IMG/VR virus record: IMGVR_UViG_3300029822_000007
Span: 31-64,030 of that record
Length of the DNA stretch: 64,000 nucleotides
Direction: 5' to 3' (one strand)
From: a virus
How positions within the stretch are numbered: position 1 is the stretch's first letter; each line of letters starts with the position of its first letter. The notes beneath the pieces are model-generated. The model did no database searches. It was not told the DNA's origin and saw only the letters and a list, made by a program, of their open reading frames with translations. Positions 9,284-18,545 of this stretch are shown here, in pieces. A program made the translations under genes and the position numbers.

Positions 9284-10324
9284 TTATTCTGCTACCTTAG
9301 CAAAGAAGCATTCATCTACTCTGTCAAAAGAAGGAAGTGCTAACTGTGAAACCTTAGTTTCAATAGTTACCGGGTCAACTTTTGGCATAGTTGTTATCGC
9401 TACACCTGTATTAACTATAGCAGTATCATGTTTCTTACTACCTAGTATCAAGTCAGCTTCTTCCGGAGTAGTACCATAAATAGTTCTACCTAGTGTGCCG
9501 CTTGGTATCATTGTAACAAAATTATCTTCATAATAATTAAACAATGCACCATTTTCAGCTCTGTAGGTACCATTTACTACAGCAACATTTAAACCTAACT
9601 TAGTGTTTAAATAATTAATAACATCTTGCTGTGTTACTATAACAGCACCTAATCTCTGTGCTTTGAGTTCATTTAGTATGGCAGTATTTTTTAATATATA
9701 ATTTAAAGTGGTTTTAGTTAATACTAAAGTATTAGCAATTCCATATCCATCATCTGTTAATATTTCTTGCCATGCTATTAAATCACCTACTATATCAGCA
9801 TCTGTGTTGCTCCATGCATCTGTACCAGTAAGTTCTACTTTGTGGTTATCAGGTGCGGCATAATCAACAACAATATCACCATCTACAGTAGTAATATTTA
9901 TGCTTGCACGTTGTAATAGTTGAGCTCTTGCCCTCCTCATTTGTACTTCAGCACCGTCTACAAGGTTCTGATAATTATCATATACCTGTGAAAGTAAATT
10001 CTGTATCAAATTTTGGTTATTGGCACCCATTGCCATTATTAGCATCTGTCTATCTTTTTCTTTAATCATTACTGATTCCTTGAAAAATGGCAGTTCTTTC
10101 TTTAAAATATTCAAACTAGCATTTAATGCTCTAGGCTTAACAGCAACATCAAAAGTGCTCATTCTTAATGCGACTGGTTTTTGTTTAGAGCCCTTTGCTA
10201 ATTCTATCTCTGTTCCGAACTGTTTAACTGGTGGGAACAAAGTTTTATCTAATGTAGACTCAGGTGGCAAATTAGTTATATAAAGTGCAATTTGCTGTGA
10301 GTTTATAAATTCCTCTAAAGTCAT
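9284..10324 (-). CDS. Major capsid protein (lambda E-like family)
   Basis: 346 aa after the scaffold and decoration genes; LFP..., GRTIYGTTPEE and DPVTIETKVSQLALP motifs. Confidence 0.9.
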   Translation of the reverse strand: MTLEEFINSQQIALYITNLPPESTLDKTLFPPVKQFGTEIELAKGSKQKPVALRMSTFDVAVKPRALNASLNILKKELPFFKESVMIKEKDRQMLIMAMGANNQNLIQNLLSQVYDNYQNLVDGAEVQMRRARAQLLQRASINITTVDGDIVVDYAAPDNHKVELTGTDAWSNTDADIVGDLIAWQEILTDDGYGIANTLVLTKTTLNYILKNTAILNELKAQRLGAVIVTQQDVINYLNTKLGLNVAVVNGTYRAENGALFNYYEDNFVTMIPSGTLGRTIYGTTPEEADLILGSKKHDTAIVNTGVAITTMPKVDPVTIETKVSQLALPSFDRVDECFFAKVAE

Positions 10325-10352
10325 ATTAATTACTCCTTTCTAAAATTTTTAA

Positions 10353-10751
10353 TTAGGCTTGTGACGTGGAAGTTGTAGTAGTTGGTGCAACTGTAGTAGT
10401 TGTAGTAACTAATCCATCATCTATAAACTGTATCATCTTCAAGGCACTTATTGCAGTTGCAGATGGTGCAGTTGGCATTTTATGGATGTTAATAAAACCA
10501 AATATTATAACTGGCACTACTTCAGTTCCCATTGAATCCGTAAAATCAATATCTTCATATACTACCCCAAAAGCAGTTCCATCATTTACTGTTTTACCAG
10601 TAGCATCAATTATTGTGCCTGCAACTAATTTATTATTTGCATCTAATGTTGCAGTTGCTTTAGCTACCTTAACATTAACACTTAAATATAAATCGTTGTA
10701 TGCTAACAATTGTTTTTGTGCTTCGGATATAGTTCTTATACTTTGACGCAT
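10353..10751 (-). CDS. Head decoration protein (lambda D-like position) with Thr-rich C-terminal tail
   Basis: Between scaffold and MCP; AGTIID...GVVYED; ends V-T5-VAP-T4-STSQA. Confidence 0.75.
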   Translation of the reverse strand: MRQSIRTISEAQKQLLAYNDLYLSVNVKVAKATATLDANNKLVAGTIIDATGKTVNDGTAFGVVYEDIDFTDSMGTEVVPVIIFGFINIHKMPTAPSATAISALKMIQFIDDGLVTTTTTVAPTTTTSTSQA

Positions 10752-10798
10752 ACTATCCCCTCCTCTTTAACTATTATATACTAAAATAGTCATAAAAT

Positions 10799-11458
10799 CT
10801 ACCTATTAATGAATTTACTTAAAGCTTCTTCGACAGATTTGCCGCCAGTAAGGTCTGATTTGTTTTTAGCTAGCAATTCTCCTATTTGCAACTTAGGTTT
10901 ACTTCCATCACCAGCATCATCGCCAGTAAGATGATTACCCTCTGTGCCACCAGCATTAAATGAACCAGTACCAGTTGGCTTTGCAGTAAACAAATAATCA
11001 TCGGATTTCTTCAAACCTTCTATCTGGTCATTTAATCCTATTACTTTGCCACTTTCAGGGTCTAAAACTAATTTATCCATGTCAAGCATTCCTCTTACTA
11101 CTTTGGCATTTTTAGCACCTGAACCTTTCAATGCACTATCTATAGCATTATTAAGCAGTGTGCCTTTAAATTCTTTTTCTTTAGCATCTAATGCTTTAGC
11201 ATTTTCTGTTTTCATAGTATCTATTTTGCCTTTTAATTCCTCATTATCTTTTGTTAGGGTACCTAACTGGGTAAGCTGTTTATCTCTTTTAGCAACCTCA
11301 ACTTTGTAATTATCCCTATCTTTAACTACATTACTGTAGTCCTCTTTTGGTACATATTCAGCTTTATTTACAAAATCAGTATCCTTGTATAAATCTTTTA
11401 TATTCTGTGGCAGTGCCGCATAAGCTTCGGCTCCTATTAATTCTGTTAATTTTGGCAT
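10799..11458 (-). CDS. Capsid scaffolding protein (GP20-like)
   Basis: Coiled coil plus AIDSALKGSGAKNAKVVRGMLD...GLNDQIEGLKKSDDYLF. Confidence 0.85.
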   Translation of the reverse strand: MPKLTELIGAEAYAALPQNIKDLYKDTDFVNKAEYVPKEDYSNVVKDRDNYKVEVAKRDKQLTQLGTLTKDNEELKGKIDTMKTENAKALDAKEKEFKGTLLNNAIDSALKGSGAKNAKVVRGMLDMDKLVLDPESGKVIGLNDQIEGLKKSDDYLFTAKPTGTGSFNAGGTEGNHLTGDDAGDGSKPKLQIGELLAKNKSDLTGGKSVEEALSKFINR

Positions 11459-11459
11459 A

Positions 11460-11654
11460 TTATTTATCCCCCTTAAATTTAAAATTCTTTAATGCTAAAT
11501 AAGCAGTATTCATTGTTAGCATGTGACCATGCTCATCTCTAAAATCTGCTTTATTAATTTGCTCTAATAAATCATTAACCTTGTCTATAAAACTTTTTGC
11601 TGGTTCTAAATCAGCAATGTTTACAGTTACTTTTAAATCATCTACTTTTGGCAT
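11460..11654 (-). CDS. Hypothetical protein
   Basis: ORF track; translationally coupled to its neighbours. Confidence 0.6.
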   Translation of the reverse strand: MPKVDDLKVTVNIADLEPAKSFIDKVNDLLEQINKADFRDEHGHMLTMNTAYLALKNFKFKGDK

Positions 11655-12031
11655 ACTGAATCCCCCTCATATATTTCTTTATAATGTGCAGTTATCATTT
11701 TATTTTTATGTGATATCTGCTTTTGTTCTTCCATTAATTCTTTAGCTTTATTTTCTGAATTATATGCAAGCTTAAAATCATCAGCTGTCATGTGCTTTTT
11801 ACGTTTGCATACACCTTTTAGTTTATGCAACTCATCTTGCAGTTCGGTAAACCTGTTAATATTTTGCCTATATTCAACATCAGCATAATATACAGTGTAA
11901 ACATGACCACAGTGGGGACATTTAAAAAACCCATGTTCTACAGTTTCATCGTCTTCCATTATCTCCGTTTGTATTTTATCAAGGGTGAAAGCTTTATGGC
12001 ACACATCACATGATAAAGTCATCTTATTCAT
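11642..12031 (-). CDS. Zinc-ribbon / coiled-coil hypothetical protein
   Basis: CDVC and CPHC pairs. Confidence 0.6.
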   Translation of the reverse strand: MNKMTLSCDVCHKAFTLDKIQTEIMEDDETVEHGFFKCPHCGHVYTVYYADVEYRQNINRFTELQDELHKLKGVCKRKKHMTADDFKLAYNSENKAKELMEEQKQISHKNKMITAHYKEIYEGDSVCQK

Positions 12032-12104
12032 ATAACCCCTCCATACAATATATTTATTCGTCTATATCATTATATAATAATATAAGATAATAGTAAAGTA
12101 GGAA

Positions 12105-12131
12105 TAAAAAATAAGCCTCAATGGGCTTATT
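12105..12131 (-). terminator. Rho-independent terminator
   Basis: AATAAGCC...GGCTTATT followed by a T-run on the minus strand. Confidence 0.7.
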
Positions 12132-12525
12132 TAGTTACTACAAATCTAAAACAATAAGGGTGCATTTTATAACCATCTTTTGATACTAAATTAATAAGCA
12201 TCACAGTATATAGTTTGCCTTTGTGGTAAGGCTTTAAATTCTTAATAAATAATGTTTTCTTATCTTTACTAGTAGTAATCTTAATAGGTACTGTACTACC
12301 ATCTACACATTGCATCCAAATTCCTGCTAAATATTTAGTATTAATAGGTCTTGTCAGTGTAATTTTCCATGTCTTATACTGTGGCACATTCTGTTTTATA
12401 CTTCCTATCTGTGCCATATTTGCTGGTGCTTCCTTCTCTGCATGTACTGTAGTATTAAAACCCACAGTGCCTACCACAATACTTAACCCAACCATTAATC
12501 CTGCTACCATCTTTTTAATTTTCAT
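12127..12525 (-). CDS. Secreted protein with bacterial Ig-like domain
   Basis: Signal peptide (MKIKK + hydrophobic + VHA); KTWKITL...KTLFIK..PY..G..Y pattern of clostridial Ig-like domains. Confidence 0.7.
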   Translation of the reverse strand: MKIKKMVAGLMVGLSIVVGTVGFNTTVHAEKEAPANMAQIGSIKQNVPQYKTWKITLTRPINTKYLAGIWMQCVDGSTVPIKITTSKDKKTLFIKNLKPYHKGKLYTVMLINLVSKDGYKMHPYCFRFVVTK

Positions 12526-12527
12526 AT

Positions 12528-12674
12528 TTACCCCTCCTTAATACTTTTGTTTACCTTTTTCAATGTTCGTGCGAGTAGCTTGCAATAAAATTCTGCATCT
12601 GCATAATCTTCATTTAATAATTTTTGCTCAATAATGTAGGCATATTCTTTCATTGCTTTATTTAGCTCCTCCAT
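12528..12674 (-). CDS. Small hypothetical protein (48 aa, MEELNKAMKEY...), not in the ORF track
   Basis: GGGAGG RBS directly downstream of the early promoter at 12703-12731. Confidence 0.65.
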   Translation of the reverse strand: MEELNKAMKEYAYIIEQKLLNEDYADAEFYCKLLARTLKKVNKSIKEG

Positions 12675-12702
12675 ACTTTAACCTCCCTCACTTGTTGATA
12701 TT

Positions 12703-12731
12703 ATTATATAACATTATTATATAATATGCAA
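12703..12731 (-). promoter_or_regulatory. Early sigmaA-type promoter E1
   Basis: TTGCAT-17-TATAAT. Confidence 0.85.
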
Positions 12732-12754
12732 GGGTTTTTATAAAATTATTTAAA

Positions 12755-13783
12755 TTAATCCTCCGGGTAACTATAATCACCAGTATTATTTCTTTTAGCA
12801 GTAGTAAATATACCATTGGCTCCCCTATCTGCTTTCCAATTATCAAATGACCTATCTAATGCAGGGTTTGGCTCTATACCTCTAATCCACCTATTAATGT
12901 GCTTGCCTACTTGCTCTAAGTCTTGACTAAATGTGGCATATTGTGTGCATAAGCAGTTAGGGTGTGGCACTGGTACCTTATTAACCGGAAAATTGCCAGT
13001 ACCTAAATTATAGTTATCTTGCTTGGCATTATAATCACAAATATCTGGTCCAAATGGAATTACCTGTCTTATTTCATGTTGTGATGATAATTCCCAGTGC
13101 ATTGCATCAACAAATGGGTCGTTCTGCACCGCCGCCACATTGGATAAATAATACATATGGTTTATACCTGTACGCATTAATCGTTGTGCATTATAGTCCA
13201 CTTGCTTATTAGTACCAGGGTAAACCTTACTCCAACTCCAATCCTTTTTAGCGTCAGGGTTAACATACTTTGCTAAATCTTCCATCATTTCATTATAGGT
13301 TTTATGTTGTGCAATTCCTTCTGCTAAAACAATTTGGATATCCTTCGCATACTTATTATTTATATTCCAAATTCTCTTACTTAACCCAATACCATCTTTA
13401 TATAGTTTGCCTTTTAATAGTCCTTCTATAACACTGTTTGGCACGCTAAATAGCATATCAATCACATCTTGAGGAATGTGTTCTGTGGTACCACTTTGTA
13501 ATACATCGCCATATATTTCAGTATATAATTTTGACGATTCTTTAAATGCATTACTACCTATATCATTTATTTTTAAATTTAAATTTTTTAAATAAGGGCG
13601 GATACCTCTCAAGTATGCCGCCATTTCAATTTTATTCAAACTGGTTTTATTGCCAGCCTTAAAACGTTTCATTAATTCTTTAGCAATATTAATATAAACA
13701 CGCCTTATCTTTTGTGCAGTATCTTTAGTTAACTTTAATTTGCTATCGTTCAATGCTTTATATAAATCATCTTCATATCCCAT
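12755..13783 (-). CDS. Minor head / head morphogenesis protein (SPP1 gp7/Mu F-like)
   Basis: Follows the portal; C-terminal PVPHPNCLC motif. Confidence 0.8.
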   Translation of the reverse strand: MGYEDDLYKALNDSKLKLTKDTAQKIRRVYINIAKELMKRFKAGNKTSLNKIEMAAYLRGIRPYLKNLNLKINDIGSNAFKESSKLYTEIYGDVLQSGTTEHIPQDVIDMLFSVPNSVIEGLLKGKLYKDGIGLSKRIWNINNKYAKDIQIVLAEGIAQHKTYNEMMEDLAKYVNPDAKKDWSWSKVYPGTNKQVDYNAQRLMRTGINHMYYLSNVAAVQNDPFVDAMHWELSSQHEIRQVIPFGPDICDYNAKQDNYNLGTGNFPVNKVPVPHPNCLCTQYATFSQDLEQVGKHINRWIRGIEPNPALDRSFDNWKADRGANGIFTTAKRNNTGDYSYPED

Positions 13784-13784
13784 A

Positions 13785-14081
13785 CTAATCCTCCTTAAAC
13801 ATCTTTGGGTTATCTTTAACCACCTGATATAATCCTTTGCCTAGCTTAACAACCTGCTCCTCTGTTAAACCTATATCAAACATATCATCAATACCATGAA
13901 CTACTTCATGCACCAGTACGCATTTTTGTAGTTCTCTATCCACTGTACCATCTATACTAATTTTGCCAGTATCACATCCAATGGTGCCATAGCAAACCTC
14001 ATTATCATCTACAATTTGATGATTGTATATATCAACTAAATAATCCATAAAGCCCAGTTTTACACATTTAGGTATTCTCAT
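13785..14081 (-). CDS. Small HExxH metallopeptidase-like protein
   Basis: CVLVHEVVHGI. Confidence 0.55.
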   Translation of the reverse strand: MRIPKCVKLGFMDYLVDIYNHQIVDDNEVCYGTIGCDTGKISIDGTVDRELQKCVLVHEVVHGIDDMFDIGLTEEQVVKLGKGLYQVVKDNPKMFKED

Positions 14082-14085
14082 AACA

Positions 14086-15675
14086 TTAATCCTCCTCTTG
14101 ATTATTCATTGTTGTGCTTGTTGTAGTGGTTGGTTCCGTTGTGCTTGTAGTAGTAACTAAATTACCTTCATCATCTAGTATTGGCATTGAGCTTCCGCTC
14201 TCGGCACTGGCAAGTAACGCCTTTTCAGCTATAATATCATTAAATTCACGTACAGCATCTTCATCATCACTGTACTCCTTAATATAAGATTTTGCACTTC
14301 TAACACCGGTTGTAACTTCACTCATTGCAGTTTGCTTATCCTCATCGCTGTCGTCTGGAATTGGATAGTTATGAGTAAATATAAGAGTATATTTTAAGCC
14401 TAGCCAGCTTTTATCAAAATCAGCTATATTTAGTGCCGCACTAGCTTCCAATATAAAATTAATCATTGCTCTAAATATTGGCTCCCAATCAGCCCACTTT
14501 TCTTCACAACGTGCTATTAAATCATTGTACATATAACGCATAGCTTTAGCAGAGGGAATATTACTCAAGTCAGTAACACTTGGCATATCTAAAATATCAC
14601 GCATATCTCTATCTAGTCTATCCAAATAAGCATCAATAGCCGCACTATTACTCATACTATACTCTTGCTTTTGTACTGATGCTTGGTGTCCTTTTTCTAA
14701 TGCTTGCTGTGATGTACGTACCGCCTGCAATCCATTAGGTCTAATTTGTAGCCTATTAACATCGTTCTTATCCCCATCTATAACTACTGTACTGCCAAAC
14801 ATTTGAAATCTTAAAGAATCTGCAAAATCTGAGTTCCTTTTATTATATAAATTTTGTGGTTCTATTAAATCTTCAAGGTCGCTTTCACCATAATCATCAC
14901 CCAGCTCACCGCCATTTACTATTAGCCAGCATGGTATTACACTAAAACCAGTGTTAACTACTTCTGTATTTGCAGGTGTATCAAAATCATTATTAGTATA
15001 AGTTTCAGTAGTCAATAAAACCTGTGGCAAAAATGTAATTCCATCAGGTGCAATCTTGTAGGTATATCTATATAGGTAGTACACCTTTTTAGATTCATCA
15101 TCAGTATCTGTGGTGCCATCATCTGAGTCATAGTTAGCGTTGGTATCTGCCTCTGCAAAGAACACAGCTTCAGTTAATTTGCCATTCTGCATTTTATAGT
15201 TGAAGTTATCAATATCTTCATATTTAATGCTAATGCCCTGCCCCTCGTTTGCCTCTACTCTTAATAGTACCCTCTTCTTTATAGTTGCCATTAAAAAAGC
15301 TTTCTTTGTATTCTTCCAAAAGTTTGTGTTATCAAATACATCATCTATATACTGCCTCAATAATTCTGTATTATTTGCATCATCTAAATTATCCGGTTTT
15401 AATTGTATGTCTGGTGCTATACTAAACATAAACCTTGCCTGCTTCTTTAATAACTGTTTTGTTTTATTTCTTATATCCTGTGTTGGTTCATAGTCTAAAT
15501 TATCAGTAACCTTCCAGCTTTGCCCCAGCCATATAGAATCCAGCTTGGCTAATTCTTTACTAATACATTTGCCTTTGTAAAATATATAATCCTTTAAAGC
15601 TTTTCTTCTTTCATGCTTTTCAACTGCATTAAGGTTAAGCAATACGTTCCTCACATTCCTAGCATTTTTACTCAT
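14086..15675 (-). CDS. Portal protein (SPP1-type) with Thr-rich C-terminus
   Basis: 529 aa after the terminase; GESDLEDLI motif; ends VTTTSTTEPTTTTSTTMNNQEED. Confidence 0.9.
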   Translation of the reverse strand: MSKNARNVRNVLLNLNAVEKHERRKALKDYIFYKGKCISKELAKLDSIWLGQSWKVTDNLDYEPTQDIRNKTKQLLKKQARFMFSIAPDIQLKPDNLDDANNTELLRQYIDDVFDNTNFWKNTKKAFLMATIKKRVLLRVEANEGQGISIKYEDIDNFNYKMQNGKLTEAVFFAEADTNANYDSDDGTTDTDDESKKVYYLYRYTYKIAPDGITFLPQVLLTTETYTNNDFDTPANTEVVNTGFSVIPCWLIVNGGELGDDYGESDLEDLIEPQNLYNKRNSDFADSLRFQMFGSTVVIDGDKNDVNRLQIRPNGLQAVRTSQQALEKGHQASVQKQEYSMSNSAAIDAYLDRLDRDMRDILDMPSVTDLSNIPSAKAMRYMYNDLIARCEEKWADWEPIFRAMINFILEASAALNIADFDKSWLGLKYTLIFTHNYPIPDDSDEDKQTAMSEVTTGVRSAKSYIKEYSDDEDAVREFNDIIAEKALLASAESGSSMPILDDEGNLVTTTSTTEPTTTTSTTMNNQEED

Positions 15676-15689
15676 CTATAACATCTCCT

Positions 15690-16022
15690 TTAAATTATAT
15701 CATTTCTAATTAAAAACCCATCAATGTCTAATTCAACATCAAGTATTGTGCCACCCTTGGGTCTTATTATTCTAGTCACAATGTTTTTGGGTGTTATATA
15801 TTCAAGGCAGTCTTTATACTGAAACATACAACTTATAAATTCACCATCTTTAAAATGCGGCACAAATAAATCTTTGGTACCCAGTATATTAGGGCAACCA
15901 TTTTCAGGTTTAGGTATTACACCTTTAAATATTTCTGCCAATTCTTCTTTAGTGGTATATTTAGTAAGCACTAAAAAATCTGCCTTTACTTGTTGGTCTT
16001 TATTAAAACATTTTCGTATCAT
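15690..16022 (-). CDS. Hypothetical protein
   Basis: ORF with GGAGG RBS between terminase and portal. Confidence 0.65.
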   Translation of the reverse strand: MIRKCFNKDQQVKADFLVLTKYTTKEELAEIFKGVIPKPENGCPNILGTKDLFVPHFKDGEFISCMFQYKDCLEYITPKNIVTRIIRPKGGTILDVELDIDGFLIRNDII

Positions 16023-16033
16023 AATAATCCCTC

Positions 16034-17452
16034 CTAAAATATATCATTGTGCTCCAATAGTTTATTTAGTGTATCTTGACGTTCTGATGCTGGTGCTCTA
16101 TGGTTGGCACCCATACCTTTTCTATAAATACTATCATCATAAGGCTGATTACTTTCCAAATACTTTAATATAGTATTAACAAAATACCTAACAGCGTCCA
16201 TGCAATGGTCGTGTTCCTTTACTACTTTATCTTCACCTTTGGCACTGGCTTTTTCGTCCCATACATATGTGTGAAACTCTTCTTCAGTATGGCTACAATT
16301 TTCAGTAAACAATAATGTCTGCTGTTTAATTAAACTACCTGTTAACCTTATTCCATCTAATACATCATTATTGGCACTAACTACATTATACCCTCTACTT
16401 CTTAATTCAGCAATAAAGGAAGCCGCACTTGGGTCAACTATAATTGTAACTGTTTTATTGTAACCTATAAAATCTTCATAATCATCTGCATACTGTGTAT
16501 CGGTCTTTTGTATGCCTTCTTTCCTACCATCATAATAGTATTCTTTAAAGCACACCCACTGTTTGCCAATCTTTCCCCATAATAAAAATACAGTAGGGTT
16601 CTTGGTACCATAATCACAACTAACATAATACGCTTCATACTCACGTGTTTTAGCCTGCACTATATTAACATTTCTATCAAACATGCTGTATATAATTCCT
16701 TCTGCTTGTACCCACTGCCCTAATATAAATCGTTTATAAAACACGCCGCTATATTGATTTTTATATCTGTTTATTATACGTGTTGTTAAGCTTGGATTGT
16801 CTTCCATCTCAAAGTGTATCCTTAAAGCATTCCTTTTCTTTGCCTTTTTAATATACTTAATATAAAACCAATGGAACGGACCTTCCGGGTTGCAGTTAAA
16901 CCATAATTTAGAACCATCAACTGAGCATCTTGCAGTGGCTTGGTTAACAAAACTCTCAGGCATAAGTGCCACTTCATCAAAGAATACACCAGCAAGTGTA
17001 ATACCCTGTATTAAATCCTGTGATGCTTCATCCTTACCACCAAACACATAAAAGTCATTACTAATAACTTTGCCAGTTTTATCGTCTTTAAATACCACTG
17101 TAATTAAATTATCTGCTCTGTGGTCTTCTATTATATAGTTTAAGTCTGCCAACATTTTCTTTAGTGGCACCAATACATTTCTTCTAAATGCACCAATGGT
17201 TTTACTACAAATAGCGAATGTTTCATCGTTAAAGTTTGCACTAGCCCAGTTAATATAACTTAATACCATAATAACAGTCTTGCCGCTTCTTATTGCTCCA
17301 TCACATATTAGTGTATCACAATCTGCATATGGCGAGCCCTTCATCCACCATGTTAATACTTTTAATTGTTTAAGGCTTGGCGGTGACCAATCAAATGGCT
17401 TAATTTTCTTTTTCTTCATTCTTCCCACTCCAAATCTTATCAACACTCTCAT
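16034..17452 (-). CDS. terL: Terminase large subunit (PBSX/SPP1-like); true start probably MKKKK about 11 codons in
   Basis: Walker A GAIRSGKT, Walker B FFDEVA, nuclease DYG...DPSA...DHCMDAVRY. Confidence 0.95.
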   Translation of the reverse strand: MRVLIRFGVGRMKKKKIKPFDWSPPSLKQLKVLTWWMKGSPYADCDTLICDGAIRSGKTVIMVLSYINWASANFNDETFAICSKTIGAFRRNVLVPLKKMLADLNYIIEDHRADNLITVVFKDDKTGKVISNDFYVFGGKDEASQDLIQGITLAGVFFDEVALMPESFVNQATARCSVDGSKLWFNCNPEGPFHWFYIKYIKKAKKRNALRIHFEMEDNPSLTTRIINRYKNQYSGVFYKRFILGQWVQAEGIIYSMFDRNVNIVQAKTREYEAYYVSCDYGTKNPTVFLLWGKIGKQWVCFKEYYYDGRKEGIQKTDTQYADDYEDFIGYNKTVTIIVDPSAASFIAELRSRGYNVVSANNDVLDGIRLTGSLIKQQTLLFTENCSHTEEEFHTYVWDEKASAKGEDKVVKEHDHCMDAVRYFVNTILKYLESNQPYDDSIYRKGMGANHRAPASERQDTLNKLLEHNDIF

Positions 17453-17987
17453 TAACTACCTTTAAGAAATTGCTCTGTGCTGGTATATTATCATAGCCGC
17501 CATTTGCCTTTTCCTTCTCTAAATTAACTTTCTGCTGTGCAATCTTAACCTTCATTAATTCTACTTCATCTTCTAGTCCACTACTTAGCCTTTGTCCATT
17601 TTGTATCTTTTCTAGTATAGCCGCTAAATGTTCCATCTTGTTTATATTATAGCCGGGAACTTCTTTATAGGTTAAATATAAATTTGGGTTATCTAAAATA
17701 CTGGTAACAACATTAAGAAGTTTTTCCCATGCTTTATAATGCTTTATATTTACTTCCCTTTTCTTAATAGCTAAACTCTTATCTAGCTTATCGCATTTCT
17801 CCTTCTTTAGTGTTGCCTGCATTTCATTTTTAGCCAAACGCCATTTATTTTTATTAGCAATCCTTTGTACATTCTGAGCGGTCATATTATATCGCTTTGC
17901 CAAATCCTCATATGTGCAATTACTGTTAATGTACTCTAGCTTCATTCTTGCATTCCTTTGGTCTATTTTCTGCTGTTTGTTCATCAT
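17400..17987 (-). CDS. terS: Terminase small subunit
   Basis: N-terminal HTH (TYEDLAKRYNMT...W), directly upstream of terL. Confidence 0.8.
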   Translation of the reverse strand: MMNKQQKIDQRNARMKLEYINSNCTYEDLAKRYNMTAQNVQRIANKNKWRLAKNEMQATLKKEKCDKLDKSLAIKKREVNIKHYKAWEKLLNVVTSILDNPNLYLTYKEVPGYNINKMEHLAAILEKIQNGQRLSSGLEDEVELMKVKIAQQKVNLEKEKANGGYDNIPAQSNFLKVVNESVDKIWSGKNEEKEN

Positions 17988-18022
17988 TAAACGCTCCTTT
18001 CTGTATCTAAATATATGCTAAC

Positions 18023-18119
18023 CACTATATGTTGTGGTCACCCTTAATAAAACCCCTTGATTTTTGCCGCCTTTTAAACATTCTATACTACATGTTGTGG
18101 TTCACCCCTAAATATTGTG
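18023..18119. promoter_or_regulatory. Three NrdR-box-like semi-palindromes upstream of terS
   Basis: CACTATATGTTGTG (18023), TACTACATGTTGTG (18086), CCCTAAATATTGTG (18106) versus consensus caCwAtATaTwGtg. Confidence 0.45.
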
Positions 18120-18200
18120 GTAAATTCCACGTTATTATATAATGTTATATAGTTAAGGCACCAAATGTTAGCGAAACCCCGGATATTTGGCTATGAAACA

Positions 18201-18545
18201 TTAAAACCTATTGTTATAATACCCCCTTTTCTTGCCTTTCTGTACCCTAACATCTATTAATGCCTGCACCTTTGCCTTATAATCCTCATCACTTGCAACC
18301 CTAATTAAGCTTTGCAAGAAGTAAAATGATGTTCTTTTGGGTATCTTTTTATGCCTTATACAATATATAACTCTTATGCAAGCTGAATAATTTCTTAGGT
18401 GCGAATGCCCTTCTTTGAACGCCTTGTTATTATTATATACTATAAATCCATCTCCTGCTCGAAGTATTGAAAAACCTTGCTTGTCATATATTTTAGTTGC
18501 CACAAAAACGCCCCCTTTTCCTAAATAAATCATACCATAAATCAA
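18201..18545 (-). CDS. Hypothetical protein (likely start GTG, VATKIYD, near 18503)
   Basis: ORF track; AAGGGGG RBS before the GTG. Confidence 0.65.
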   Translation of the reverse strand: MIYGMIYLGKGGVFVATKIYDKQGFSILRAGDGFIVYNNNKAFKEGHSHLRNYSACIRVIYCIRHKKIPKRTSFYFLQSLIRVASDEDYKAKVQALIDVRVQKGKKRGYYNNRF

